A DNA stretch of 64,000 nucleotides, taken from positions 316,801 through 380,800 of the forward strand of contig NW_013657667.1 in assembly GCF_000142905.1 (NCBI RefSeq), written 5' to 3'. The notes below the pieces were generated by a model. That model searched no databases. It worked only from the letters and a program-made list of their open reading frames with translations, and was not told the origin of the DNA. This DNA is from Thecamonas trahens ATCC 50062 (lineage: Eukaryota > Protista > Apusomonadida). How positions within the stretch are numbered: the stretch's first letter is position 1; the number at the start of each line of letters is the position of its first letter. This document shows positions 1 through 11,682 of the stretch, one piece after another. Both the position numbers and the translations under genes were made by a program.

Positions 1-110
1 CGTGCTGTCCTTGCCCGGATACGCTCGGTCTGGTCCTCAGACTCGAGTGCCTTGTTGATGTCCTCAATGGACATGAGCGGCTGGCTCTCCGCTCCGCCGT
101 CGTCAGCCAT
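1..110 (-). CDS. 5' end of a gene running off the window edge (MADDGGAESQPLMSIEDINKALESEDQTERIRART...), product unknown
   Basis: ATG at 110 in CACCATGG context after a C-rich tract; open frame with GC-rich third positions to the edge. Confidence 0.6.
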   Translation of the reverse strand, partial: MADDGGAESQPLMSIEDINKALESEDQTERIRARTA

Positions 111-363
111 GGTGGAGTGAGGTGCGAGGAGGTGGGGGTGGCGGTGAGGTGAGGTGGGGTAGGGGGGAGGGGGGGGGGGAGGTTGGTCGGTTGGCGGTTG
201 GCGGGCTGGACCGACGGGCGACTGGTGGCTCGCGGTACGGCGTGTGTGGCTCGGCATTCCGCTTTGCGGCGGATGGTGACAACGGCGTGGGGCTAGATCA
301 GGGCTGAATCAGGACTGGATGTAGGGTACAAGGAGTTTACAGGGCCGCACCCGGCGTTGATTG

Positions 364-2246
364 TCAAAGCAGCGAAGTGTGCGGACGGGACAGGTTGGAA
401 ACGGAGAGCGAACGCTGGGAGATGGTCGGCTTCCGATCGCAGAGCGTACGACGACGGCGGCGCGGGCGCGACATGGGCGAGGCGGACATGCCCCATGGGT
501 CAAAGTCCGAGTCGTCGTCCGAGTCGGACTCGGAGCCCGAGTCAATAGCCGAGACGGTGAAAACGACGAGTTGGGCGAGGAGGTCGACGAGACGGCGACA
601 GGCGAGCCAAAGCCCAGCGACTTGACCGAGGAGCGGACGTCGTCGTCGTCTGAGTCGTCGTCGTCATCGTCATTGTCATCGCCGGTGGTAGCAAAGCACC
701 GAGCAAGGGGCGCAGTTGGAGAGGCGTGCGAGAAGGAGGGAAGGGCAGGCGAGATGGCGTCGTTGGCCGTGACGAGCTGGTTGGTAACATCGGCAAGCGG
801 CGCAGGCGAAGCCAGGTCCTCGGAGGCCTCGGACGAGATGGTGGACTCGGAGCGCGAGCGGGCAAGGCTGCAGTACTTGGAGACGTCTGAGAACGAGCGC
901 GAGCGCTTGTAGCTCTTGCGCAAGTTGTTCATGAGCGAGCAGCGCTCCATCTCGGTCTCCTTGTCTGCATCAAACATGGAGACATAGGCCTGCGGGTTGC
1001 AGCGCGACTTGTACAGCGTGTAGAAGCCCTTGTATCCGCCCTGAAGAATATACATCTCCGGGTAGTAGAGCGAGGTCCACTCCTCCAGCTCGGCGTGGAT
1101 CATGCGATCCATGGAGCGGAGGTGGCGGCACTGGGTCGGCCCGCGCTTGGACGAGAACTCGCAGTGAAAGACGATGGTGGGCACCGGGTCCGTCATGATA
1201 GTGGTGAGGAAGAATTCCTCGAGCAGAGCGGTGGTATGGAGGTTGAGCGCGCCCTCGATGTGGCCGCCCTCATACTCGTAAGGGAACCGGCAATCGATGA
1301 TGTACAGCTTGGAGACAACATCGTCGTGCTTGCCCTCCATAACATCGACGAGGATCTTGGGCGAGATGTACTTGAACTCGGCCGGGCCGGTCTCGAGAAC
1401 AGGAAGCTTGGCCTTGTTCTCATGCGACTCTGGAGAGGCAACAGTAGCAGCAGCGGCTGCAGCAGCAGTTGGTTGTGGGATCGGCAACGCCGAGGCCGAG
1501 GCCGAGAGAATGTTAGACCGCTTCTTCTTGAGCGAGTGCACCGAGCGCGTCCGCTTGAGCGAGCCTGACCGAGATTTAGGCCGCGGCGGAAGATTGCCAG
1601 ACGAGCGGACGTTGTTGAGCGCGGCGGTGGCCGGCGGAGCGCGGACTGAGAGCGAGCGCGGGCGCGCCGGCTCGCAGGCAATGGCCGCCATTGACACGGC
1701 CTTGCGCAGCTTGAGCGAAGAGCTCGACATCGAGTGGGCCTGCGGGCGCGAGTGCGGCCGGTGCGTGCGAGCAGCAATCATGGCGGCAACAGGCGACGAG
1801 GCACGCTCCGGCTCAAAGATCGAGGAAGACGTCGGCGGCGGGACTTTGGGAGAGATGGCCATAGCTGTCGGCGCCATCGGCGACGGCAGCACCTGGTTCT
1901 CGTCGTTGTCAAACGAGAGCGAGCGGCGGATGGTGGTCGGCGACGAGAGGCGGGCCGGCGAAGTGGGGACAACGCCAGGCATGGCAGGCGAGGTCGAAAG
2001 CGGCGAAAAGGCCGAGCGAGTCGTGTTGTTTGTCCGCGGCAGCGACGGCGAGGCGGCATTCGAGCCCGAGGAACGCGTCGGCTCTGGCGAGGTGACGGCC
2101 ATAGCCGTTGGAGGTGGGCCGGGGCGCGCCGCGATCGGCAAGTCAAAAGCGCGCTCGGACGGTGGCGAGCCAAGCAGCATATCGCACTCTTCCGGGTCCG
2201 GAACAGCAAGCCCAGTCAGGGGGCGGAAGTTGGTGGAGCGATCCAT
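364..2246 (-). CDS. CDC25: Cdc25 M-phase inducer phosphatase (rhodanese fold); probable frameshift at 560-563, with a true stop at about 364 instead of 309
   Basis: IIDCRFPYEYEGGHIEGALN, catalytic HCEFSSKRGP, LYYPEMYILQGGY; SP/TP-rich regulatory N-terminus; the alternative frame after the T4 run reads VSAIDSGSESDSDDDSDFDPW...SLL*. Confidence 0.93.
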
Positions 2247-3080
2247 GGTTGTAGCGTGTTGTTATACGGAAGAGCTTGCGGGGGGGATGGTAGACGGAGA
2301 TAGAGTCTGTGGCCGGGCCTGCCAAAGTTTGAATTTGAGGCCGAAAAGTTAGAGACGAATTTGCTTTAGCGAAAACGTCATTGTTGGCGCTGACCCGCAA
2401 CCCGCCCGCCGCCCGCCACCCGCTGCCGTTGCGTTTTCAACCGCCGCCCAACGGATCGCCTGCCACCCTGTGACGACGAGCCACTGCATTCGATGTCGAT
2501 GGGTAGAGATGGGGGAAGTCCTGCATGCACAAAGGGCACGCAAGGGGATGATGGGGAGCGTGGCCTTATGGCGGCTGATGAGATGTTGCCATCGTCCATC
2601 GCGTTGGTAGTTGAGGAGACGCCAGCCTTGGGCTTGGGCGGGGAGGAGCGCAGCCGATGCGGATGCTCATCCCTCTCGAGCGCAATCTGAAGGCTGGCGT
2701 GGTTAAGCCGGATGTAGACGGCGAGTATGGAGTCTTCATCATTTGCTCAACTCGCCCGCCCGCCCGCCCGCGTGGTCCACATCGGCATCTATGCCCTTGG
2801 ATGGGCGCGAGCTGGTGGACATGCTAGGATCTCGCACCAGCGCATCATCGCAGTGATACAGATGGTCATAAGTATCACACTCACTCCCCCTGACTACGTG
2901 TTGTATGCGATCATGGCGGCCACGTCCGACCATTGGTCACGCCAAGGCCAATCGAGTGACCGCCACGGTCGTCCAGTGGCCGTCCACGGCCCGCGTCTTT
3001 TGCCCACGCACTCCACTCTCACCGCACCCCCCCCCCCCCCCCCACCACACACACACACACGCACACAGGCAAACCTCTCC

Positions 3081-3490
3081 ATGTCCAAGATCTTTGTCTT
3101 TGGCCTGCCATGGAAGACAACCTCGCGTGAACTCATGCGCCACTTCCAGCGCTTCGGCACGGTGCTCGAGGCCCACGCCGCCGTGGTAGGTGCCCTCTCC
3201 CCTTCCCTCCCCTCTCCCCTCCCCGTTCCCCTCTCCTCTGCCACTTACACTCACGGTGGGCTTTGGATGTGGCTGTACAGAAGGACAAAAGGTCGCAGCA
3301 TGAGCCACGGGCGCTGGGTGCTGGATATGGCTTTGTTTGCTTTACCTCGGTGGAAGAGGCCGAGGCTGCTTGCGCCCTCCCGCATGAGCTCCGTGGTCGG
3401 GAGCTCGTCGTTCGCATCGCAGACAAACCCGTCGCCTTTACTGGCAAACACCTCAAGCCGCGCTTCTCCTTTCTGAAAAAGCCGTTGTGA
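3081..3490 (+). CDS. Small single-RRM RNA-binding protein, 2 exons (3081-3185, 3281-3490), about 104 aa
   Basis: RNP2 KIFVFGL in exon 1 and RNP1 AGYGFVCF in exon 2, joined by a phase-0 GTAGGT...CAG intron (3186-3280) with ACTTAC/ACTCAC branch-like motifs. Confidence 0.8.
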
Positions 3491-4152
3491 GAGACGCGCC
3501 TCTGCTCTACTGGAGTCCATCGTCGCCGCGCGTTTGATCATCTTCGCGCGTTTGATCGTCATCACCGCACGTTTGATCGCCGTCTCGTCTGCCGCTACAG
3601 ATACCTCCATTTATCCGTTGCAGCTTGCGTATCCTCTTCCGGATGCTGCAACATGAGCCGGCCGTTCTCTCCCCCCCCCCCCCTCTCTGTTGAGCTATCT
3701 TGCCACTGCACGCCGCTCGGTGGCGCTCGGTGGCGCACTGACAACCGCGCCACCTTTGCCGCCCCCACTTAGCCTGTGCACCCTAGGCCAAGGATCTACA
3801 TTGGCATCCACACTCTGCTGTGCCCGCTATCACTATGCCTTGATCGTTCGCACCCTCTCCATCCGACCTTGATCGCGCCGATGAGATGGAACCTGGCCAT
3901 GACGTGGCCCGCACCCCCGCCCCTCCACCCCGCCCACCCCGCCGCGGCCTCGCATTCATCATTATGTAAACGCAACTCTCCTCGCCTCTCACACACACAC
4001 ACACATATACCTCTGTCTATCCGATGATGAGCGGAGTCTCGCAGCACGTGGCTGGCGCAGAACGGAGAGGCAATGGAAGGAACAGCACTAGAGGTTGTGG
4101 CGAGGGGAGAGAAGCACTTGTCGCCACGGGCTTCCTCCCGGGCAGCACCGGC

Positions 4153-4590
4153 ATGGCGGAGGAAGAAAGCAACCAAGATTGGCGACACGAGCCGTTACTC
4201 AAGGGTGAGGCCGAGGTGGAGGCTGAGAGCTCTATGGCAAGCGTGTTGTTTGTCAAGGGCGTGACGGTGGCGGCCCTGGCGGCGGTCCGCGCGCTGGACG
4301 GCGATGTGGAGACGGCAGCAAGCCCTGCGCCTGCGGCGTTTGTTGAGAGCAATGATTCGAGTCGTGGCTACTACACCACTCCCACGTACACTATTGCTGG
4401 CTTTGCTGCCCTCCCGGAGGCACGCCCGGATCTGTATGCTGCCATCAAGTCGACCGATCTGCCGTCGGCAACATGCTTTGATCTCGACCTCATCATCGAG
4501 CGCTGCAGGCTCATCGACATGCTCTCGACAACAATTCGCGACGACAACGCCTCTCACGGGACTCACAGCGATGCCCACGGGCCGTCATAG
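4153..4590 (+). CDS. Hypothetical protein, about 145 aa; 3' end overlaps DPH7
   Basis: ORF with GC3 bias starting MAEEESNQDW; no recognisable motif. Confidence 0.45.
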   Translation: MAEEESNQDWRHEPLLKGEAEVEAESSMASVLFVKGVTVAALAAVRALDGDVETAASPAPAAFVESNDSSRGYYTTPTYTIAGFAALPEARPDLYAAIKSTDLPSATCFDLDLIIERCRLIDMLSTTIRDDNASHGTHSDAHGPS

Positions 4591-5675
4591 ACGTACGCCC
4601 GTGCATCGTAGAACGAGCACGCCATCAGCCGACCGTCACCCACCCAGTCGATGCCGTACGCCAGCGGGTCGGCATCATCGCCGGGTGCCGGTGATGTGGA
4701 AAGCGTCGCCGCCGTCAGTGTGGTAAACTCATCGCCAGAGTGGATTACCGCAAAGCCGCCGTACATACATGCTGCAGCCATCAGTGACGGATTGGTGGGG
4801 TGCCATCGGAGCATCCACACCCCGCCGCCAAGCGCGATCTCGCTCACAGGTACCTTGAGCTTGCGGGTGTCAAACATCCGCAGGTTCTCGTCGTAGCTTC
4901 CAGTCGCTAACATGTACTCCGAGGTGAGCGATGGCCGGATGGAGGTGACGCCGGCACCATGGACCTTGGTAGCGCCCACCGCGTAACCGCCCATCCGCGT
5001 ATCCCACGCCTTGAACAGCGCATCGTCGCCACCTGAATACACCACCGTCCTGTTGAACGGGTTAAACGCCACCCGCCATGCCTCGAGCGAGTGCGCCTGC
5101 CACGGCTGGCCGCACTCGAGCGCCGCCTCGCCCACGCTCCACACCGCCATTCGTCCGTCCGAGTAGCTTACCGCGAGGTTCTCGGCCTGTCCAGGCTCTA
5201 CGCCGTCGTTGTCCCACGCCACCGCCAACGCCGATGGTGGCTTTGCGCCGTCATCCGCATCTTCGCCGACGTCCACAACGCCGTAACTCACCTCGCTCAT
5301 GGTAGCCGTGCCATCAGCGGCAAACACGGCCTGGGCGAGGACGACGCGGCCGGTCGAGTCGGCGACAGCGAGCATACCATCGGCACCCGGATTCCACGCC
5401 ACATCAAAAGTCCCTCCGGAGCAGCTAAGAGCGGTGCCTGCGGTAATGGCCACCGTATCGCCCGTCGCGTCCTCTCCCGCCACCAGCATTTGCACATCGC
5501 CGCTCTTGAGCTGAGTCACAGGATCCACCAGCTGATAGGTGCCGACCACCGCAGCGCCCGCAGGCGCGCCAGGCACGCCCACAGGACAAGAATCTACCAC
5601 ACATGCACAGTACCCAGTATCCCGTGTGAGCACTGGCTCCAGTCCCGCTCCCAGCTCCATCTCGTTGCTCGCCAT
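4563..5675 (-). CDS. DPH7: Diphthine methyl ester hydrolase, WD40 protein (DPH7/WDR85/Rrt2)
   Basis: WQAHSLEAW, VYSGGDD, LATGSYDENLRMFDTR, GGGVWMLRWHP, AACMYGGF, LAYGIDW, CSFYD. Confidence 0.9.
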   Translation of the reverse strand: MASNEMELGAGLEPVLTRDTGYCACVVDSCPVGVPGAPAGAAVVGTYQLVDPVTQLKSGDVQMLVAGEDATGDTVAITAGTALSCSGGTFDVAWNPGADGMLAVADSTGRVVLAQAVFAADGTATMSEVSYGVVDVGEDADDGAKPPSALAVAWDNDGVEPGQAENLAVSYSDGRMAVWSVGEAALECGQPWQAHSLEAWRVAFNPFNRTVVYSGGDDALFKAWDTRMGGYAVGATKVHGAGVTSIRPSLTSEYMLATGSYDENLRMFDTRKLKVPVSEIALGGGVWMLRWHPTNPSLMAAACMYGGFAVIHSGDEFTTLTAATLSTSPAPGDDADPLAYGIDWVGDGRLMACSFYDARAYVYDGPWASL

Positions 5676-6050
5676 GGTTCTTGAGCGCGGTGTGGCCCCA
5701 CCACGGGCTCCAAGCCGAAGATGGTCTCCGCGCACAGTCGCTGAGCAAGCTCGCATAGCGCCCGAGGCGACTATCCGCTCAGCCGATGGCCAGCGTGCTG
5801 ATGATGGCTCATCAAAGCGTATTGGAGAAAAGAGGGGATGGCTCGCCGATGTGCCAATGATGCTGATCCCTGCAGCCTAGCTGCTTGTCGACAAGGCGGC
5901 TGTGGTGGCTCTAGCCAGGCAAGCTCAGCCAAGACCATCATCATCCTATCAGCATGGCATCATCGACCCAGATGTCATCATGATTGCATGCACTCTGTAG
6001 CCCAGCATCTGTCGACATGTGTTCACCATCCCGGTTGCCTTGAGGCCGGG

Positions 6051-6134
6051 TGGCCTCCACCGTCTGCCGGCTGGCGGCTGGCCTCCACCGTCTGCCGGCT
6101 GGCGGCTGGCCTCCACCGTCTGCCGGCTGGCGGC
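6051..6134. repeat. Perfect 28-bp tandem repeat x3 (TGGCCTCCACCGTCTGCCGGCTGGCGGC)
   Basis: Read directly; lies in the divergent intergenic region between DPH7 and the CSPP1-like gene. Confidence 0.95.
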
Positions 6135-6322
6135 TGGGGCTCCACGGGGCGCGTTCCAAGGCACTTCTCGTTCGCGCCCACTTTGGAGAGCAGCGAGGAC
6201 AGACGAGGTTCCACAGCCTACCACCGCCCCCACTCCCCCCCCCCCCCCCATACCCATTCCGAGACTTGAGAGCAAAGTGCCCGAGAGCGCGTGTTGACCA
6301 CGGACTCGAGGAGAGTTTGAGT

Positions 6323-8874
6323 ATGTACACCACCTCGTCAGAGGCCGCCTATGGCCCGCGGTCGCCCCGCCATGGTCCGTCTCAGGCGCCAGCCGGACGC
6401 GGGGGCGGCGCCGCCCTCACCGTCCTCGACACGCAGCTGGCAGAGCTCGACGCCCAAGCTGTCACTACCGGCCTCAACCAAGCCCAGATTGCCCGGAGAG
6501 ACGCCCTTCTCTCGCGACGAAACGCCCTGCTCGGTAACGGCAACGGAGGCCCGCCCGCCCAGCCGCAGCCACAGCCGTCCCGCCAGCTCGTTTACCCGCC
6601 GCGCCTCAACGAGCCGCCGCCTGAGCCAGACAACTATGGCCCCGGTCAGGGCCCAGGCCCAGGCCCAGGCTACGATCAGGGGCCCGGGTATGCGCCCGGC
6701 CAGGCTACGATCAAGGGCCCGGGTATGCGCCCGGCCCAGGCTACGATCAAGGGCCCGGGTATGCGCCCGGCCCAGGCTACGATCAAGGGTCCGGGTATAG
6801 GCCCGGACCGGGCTACGACCAGGGACCAGGCTACGACAAGGGATACGGCCCGCCCGGCGGCGTAGACCCCGCCCGCAATGACATGCTGCGCCGGCAGATG
6901 GAGTTTGCTAGGCAGATGCAGAGCGAGCTGGACCAGAACGAAGGTATGGCACGTGCGCCGACGCCGGTCTACCTCGAGTCAGCCAAGTCTGACGCCGAAC
7001 TCGCAAAGAAGCGCGCGTATCGTGCAGAGCTGGAGGCACAGATCCGCGAGCGTGCAGAGCGCGAGCGCCGCGAACGGGAAGCCGAGCGGCTTGCCGGCAT
7101 CCGTGCCGCCAACTCGTGGCACGGGCAGGGCCAGCTCGATGACCACGATCGAAGCAACCACCGTGAGGCCGAGCGTCGCCACCTCGCTGAGCTGGAGCAG
7201 CAAGCTGCTGAGCGCCGTGCCCGCCTCGCAGCCGAGCGCCGCGCCGATGAAATGGAGGACCGCATGCTCCGCGCCCAGGCGGAGAAGCCGCAAGCTGTCG
7301 TCGCGCCGGCGCCGGACCTGCCGTTCTTTGCCGGTGTTGACGACGCCGACGCCAAGCGTCGCCGCGCGCACGAGGAGCACCAGCGTGCCCTTCTTATGCA
7401 GATCGAGGAGAAAAAGGCTCGCGAGGCGGCCGAGAAAGAGCGTCTCAAGCACGAGGAGGAGGCGCAGATGCGCAAAATCGAAGAGGAGCGTCGCCGCCAG
7501 CAGGAAGCTGACGAGGCCGAGGCGCGCCGCCAGGCCCAGCTCCGCGAAGAAGCCCAGGCTCAAGCCGAAGCCGCCGCCCGCCGCCGCGAGGAGGAAAAGG
7601 CCCGCGATGAAGCTCGCGCCGCTGAAGAAGCCCGTCGCGACGCCGACGAACGTGAGCGCGCCGAGGAAGCCCGCCGTCGCGACGCCGAGGACGAGCGCGA
7701 GCGCGAGCGCGAGCGCGAGCGCAAGCGCGAGGCTGCTGAAGAAGCTCGCCGCCATGACGCCGAAGAGCGGGAGAGGGCCGAGCGCGCTGAGCGCGAGGCC
7801 ACCGCCCCGCTGCGCGACGACGATAGCCACGAACGCATGCAGGCCCGCCGTCGGATGGACGCCGAGGTCGCTCGCGCACAGGCCGAGGCTGAGGCTGCCG
7901 AGCGCGCCGCCGAGCATCGCCGCTTCTCGCCGCAAGGCTCGTCGGTCCCGGACAACTACGATGACAACGACGAGTACATTGACCGCCACCCGCCGGTCCA
8001 CCACGACCCGGCGCATCTCCACCGCCGCCACGCGTCGCACTCGTATCGGCGTGAGGTCCACTATGCCATGCCGTCACCGCCTGCCCCGGTCTCGATGCCC
8101 ATGATGCCCGACCCCAACATCGAGCGGCTTCTGCGCGAGAACGCGGTGACTCAGGAGCGGATGCGCCATCAAGAGGCCATCCTCGCCCGCCTCGAGCAGA
8201 AGCTCGAGACCGTCTCCGACCGCTACGAAGACGCTCAGGAAGAGCTTGCCCGCCTCCGCTTTGACGCCGCCCGCGCCGTCTCAGAGTCAACCAACAAGAC
8301 CGCAAACAAGGACGGCGTCGGCGGCGTCAACGCCGAGCGTGGCCGCATTCTTGCCGAGTTTGCCAACATCCGCCGCGACATGGGCTCTCGTGCCGAGTGG
8401 GAGGACGAGGTCGACCAGTACACCGAGTCGGACCTCGCTGTCAAGCAACGGATCATCCTCCGCTGCCAGAAAGAAGAGCTGCTCCGACTCCGGAACAAAA
8501 CCCGCGAAGCTGGAAGTCACCGCGCCGTCAGCGGCACCTATCCCGTCGACCCGCCGGTCACCGAGTCGCTCATCTCTGAGTCGACCTGGGTCCCGCTCGA
8601 GGGCGGGTCGGCAACTCCGTTGGTTCGTAACCAAACAGTGCCACCGGCCACCACTGTCGTTCCGCTGCGATATGCGCGCGGCGTCTCGTCGCCTGACACG
8701 CCCGTCACGCCCGCCGGATCGTCGACACGGACCCAGACCGTGGCCTTTGCTGTCGGCAGCCATGAGACCGTTGACATCGACGAGATCTACCGCCGCAACC
8801 AGCAGCGCCTGCGCCGCCTCGAGCAGCTAGAGAGTGAGATGGCGCTCGAAGGCGAGAGTGTGTATTACATGTGA
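6323..8874 (+). CDS. Centrosome/cilium coiled-coil protein, CSPP1/CCDC66-like; one gene with a frameshift at 6700-6701
   Basis: YRAELEAQIRE and LLMQIEEKK motifs; C-terminal QRIILRCQKEELLRLR, LISESTWV and DIDEIYRRNQQRLRRL resemble the CSPP1 C-terminal motifs; restoring one C in the first 36-bp repeat joins the two ORFs. Confidence 0.6.
6640..6850 (+). repeat. Coding 36-bp tandem repeat (PGYDQGPGYAPG)n
   Basis: About 3 near-perfect units plus degenerate flanks. Confidence 0.9.
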
Positions 8875-9011
8875 ACTGTGAGCTGAGCCCGGGGTGCTGA
8901 GTCCGGGGTGCTGAGCCCTGCCGCTGACGTTGCCAGCAGCCGCTGTTGCTGAAGATGCCGCCCGAGTAGGCCGGATTGACCTGCCCACCTGAGAGCGAAG
9001 CGTTCCAGCTC

Positions 9012-9570
9012 TTAGGCCGCAGCCTCGACCTGGAGCTTGGCCACGATGTCGTCGACAGAGAGACCGCGGACATCAAGCTCAATCGGGCTCTTGTCAGTGT
9101 CGATCGGGTGCAGCACTAGCCGTGAGGTGGCCGACGGATCGGCTTCGCGAGTCCGGGCGACCGACAGCTGCGGGTTGTGAAAGCGGACGACGGGAACGAG
9201 GTTCTGGGCAAACTTGCTACTCCCCCCCCCACACACACACCGGCCACCACCAGTCCAAGACCGTCCGCACATACATGCCCAATCCATCCGTCCTTGTTGC
9301 GTAAGTGGAACTGCGCCCCATCCCCCCTCCCTCCCCCTCCCTCTCTCCCCCTCCCACCACCGGCGGATGGCGGCGGATCGCGTCGGCGAGGCACACGCCA
9401 ACGCCAAGGTCGGTCTGGCAAAAGCTCGCTCTGGTGGCTGACTAGCTCACATACCGTGCGCCAGTATGCTCGGGTCCAACCTTGCCATGGACAATCTCCA
9501 GCTTGCGGAAGGCCTGCAGCGGAATGCGTGGGCCTGTCTGCAGTGCGTGGATGAGGCGGGTGGCGGCCAT
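9012..9570 (-). CDS. Mitochondrial ribosomal protein of the L51/S25/CI-B8 family (mS25/MRP49-like), 2 exons (9570-9455, 9216-9012)
   Basis: Spliced product ...HTGAR|KFAQNLVPVVRFHNPQL...IELDVRGLSVDDIVAKL matches the GARKF..P....NP family motif; GTATGT...TAG intron 9217-9454. Confidence 0.8.
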
Positions 9571-9940
9571 GGCGTGCGTGCCGGAAAGAGAGGTCGGTCG
9601 TGTCTTCCAGCCGGCCAACGATTCGCCCGAAACGTCCACCCCGTCAAAAGGCGCGCACTCGCCGGCAGAGAGCTATGACGATGCCGTGACGTTGCGCCCG
9701 CGCGCCCGTGCCGCACGCGCCTGTGGCACTACCCTCGGCGCACAGGCTGTGACTACTTGCTTACGCCACACATGATCCGGATGTGACAGCATGCTCTAGT
9801 CGCCATCGGCTGCTCGCCGCGACGCGCTTCGTCTCGCGCGACGCTGCGGCAGGTAGGTTCCTCAACTCTAGCCCGCCCAGCTCCCACTTCACACGGATGG
9901 TGTACTCGGACTGCAGGCTACTATGGACAACGAAACGAGA

Positions 9941-11632
9941 TCAAAAGTCGTCGTCGTCGTCGGCGCCGAGGAGCTGAGCAACGACCTCGTGGTCGAGGAG
10001 GACGACGACCTCGTCGCCCGACGACTGCGAACGAATGGCGATCATGCCATGCTCAACAAACTCGCGGAGCTGGGCCCGAAGTGAGCGCTCGTCCGAGGTG
10101 AGGAACGAAGACTGGGCCTCGGCAAGAAGATTTGCGAGCGAGATGCCCTTGCGGGTCCGCGGCCCGCCGCCGGCCACCGACTCGAGGACAAGGTCAAAAA
10201 CAGCGCGCGAGTTGGGCGTGACCGAGGCCAGGATGCGCCGCACGCCCTCGATGGTGACGACGCCGCCGGCAAGCGCCTTGGTCTGGATTTCGGCCGACGG
10301 CACGATCGACGGCGCGTACGTCGGGGCGTGGATGTAGGCCCAAGCGAGGACGTCGGCCCGCTCCGAGCCCCAGAGAACCGGTCCGGACATGTGATCGAGG
10401 GTGGCGATGAGCGAGACGCCGCGCAGCTCGGCGAGGCCGCAGATGAGGCCCTGCGCCGCCTGGCCCTGCAACGACTTGGCGTCGATACCAAGGACCACGA
10501 GACGGAGCTTAGACGGCCCACGGCGGAGGCACTTGCGGACAATGTCGACACCCTTGGCGACTCGGACCCTTGTCACCACGCCAAAGACCTCCTCGAGGAT
10601 GCACCCAAGCACCCCCGACGCCGAGGTCTGCGACGAGGCGCCGTTGATGACGACAGTGGGGACAGGCGTCTCGCCCGCAGCAGCCTCTTCGGCCGCCAGC
10701 CACGACGCAAAGCGCAGCGCGAGCTCGGATCGCGAGCCGAGGCCGTAGAGACACAAGTTGTTCTCAGCGAGCAGCATGCGCCAATACGGGTAGTCGGGGG
10801 TGTACGCCGCCATGAGCGAGCGGGCGACCGCCCCGGGATCGTTGTCCAGCAGTGGGAGGTGCGCTCGGGTCTTCTCGATGAGGCCGGCCATGGCCTTGGC
10901 CCGTGTGGCGGTGAGGAACGAGACCTTGACCGGCGCAAGCCACTCGGTCGACTTGTTCGGCATCCGCCCGGGCTTGGTCTTGGGCTTGGAGCGGAAGGAC
11001 GGAAAGTGCGACTCAAAGTAGCACGCATTCGGCGGCGGGAGCGGGAGCTCGGTCAACCCGTTGTCAGCCAAGCCGACATCCATCGCCACTCCGGGCACAT
11101 CGTCGCCGAGCGATCGGACAACGCTCCCGCCGAGGCTGCGCTGAGGGAGAACCAGCGGAGCCGCTCCCTCGGCTGCCGCTGCTGCTGCTGCCTCTTCTGT
11201 CGTCTGCGAGCCTTCCACCGCTCGAGCACCTGCTCCACCAGGTGCAGACCCGTCATCAGCCACAGCGACCGACGGGAGCAAGGTGCGCGCCCGGGTGGGT
11301 AGGACCGGCGCCGGCTGCGGCTCCTCGGGCTGCAGCGAGGTGACATACTCCTCGGGCGGGAGGTAGAGCGCCGACTCGGCCGAGGGCCGACCAGCCTCTC
11401 CTCCTTCATCCCCACCGCGACTGTCTCCTTCTCCCTCTTGTCCAGCTTCTTCAGTGACTACCTCCATGGCCACAGGCCCGGGTGCCGGCTCCAGCCACCT
11501 TGTCCCGTCCTCGGTCTGCCAGCCGAGTGCAAGCCGACGAGGCGGATACAGTGCATGCCGAGGTACTGTCGACGCAATGAGGACAGGCACGTCCACGTCG
11601 TTGTATGCCCGGATCTCTACTCCAGTGGCCAT
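9941..11632 (-). CDS. ORC2: Origin recognition complex subunit 2
   Basis: CYFESH, NLCLYGLGSR, VVINGA, LIATLDH, WAYIHAPTYAP, LASVTPNSRAVF, LRAQLREFVEHGMI winged helix. Confidence 0.85.
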   Translation of the reverse strand: MATGVEIRAYNDVDVPVLIASTVPRHALYPPRRLALGWQTEDGTRWLEPAPGPVAMEVVTEEAGQEGEGDSRGGDEGGEAGRPSAESALYLPPEEYVTSLQPEEPQPAPVLPTRARTLLPSVAVADDGSAPGGAGARAVEGSQTTEEAAAAAAAEGAAPLVLPQRSLGGSVVRSLGDDVPGVAMDVGLADNGLTELPLPPPNACYFESHFPSFRSKPKTKPGRMPNKSTEWLAPVKVSFLTATRAKAMAGLIEKTRAHLPLLDNDPGAVARSLMAAYTPDYPYWRMLLAENNLCLYGLGSRSELALRFASWLAAEEAAAGETPVPTVVINGASSQTSASGVLGCILEEVFGVVTRVRVAKGVDIVRKCLRRGPSKLRLVVLGIDAKSLQGQAAQGLICGLAELRGVSLIATLDHMSGPVLWGSERADVLAWAYIHAPTYAPSIVPSAEIQTKALAGGVVTIEGVRRILASVTPNSRAVFDLVLESVAGGGPRTRKGISLANLLAEAQSSFLTSDERSLRAQLREFVEHGMIAIRSQSSGDEVVVLLDHEVVAQLLGADDDDDF

Positions 11633-11682
11633 GGGGAGGTGAGGGGGGGGGGGGGGGAGGGGAGGGGAGGGGAGGGAGGAGT

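Noticed and set aside
2400-2940. Short ORFs or a possible gene relic between Cdc25 and the RRM gene
   Set aside because: No sustained frame or recognisable motif
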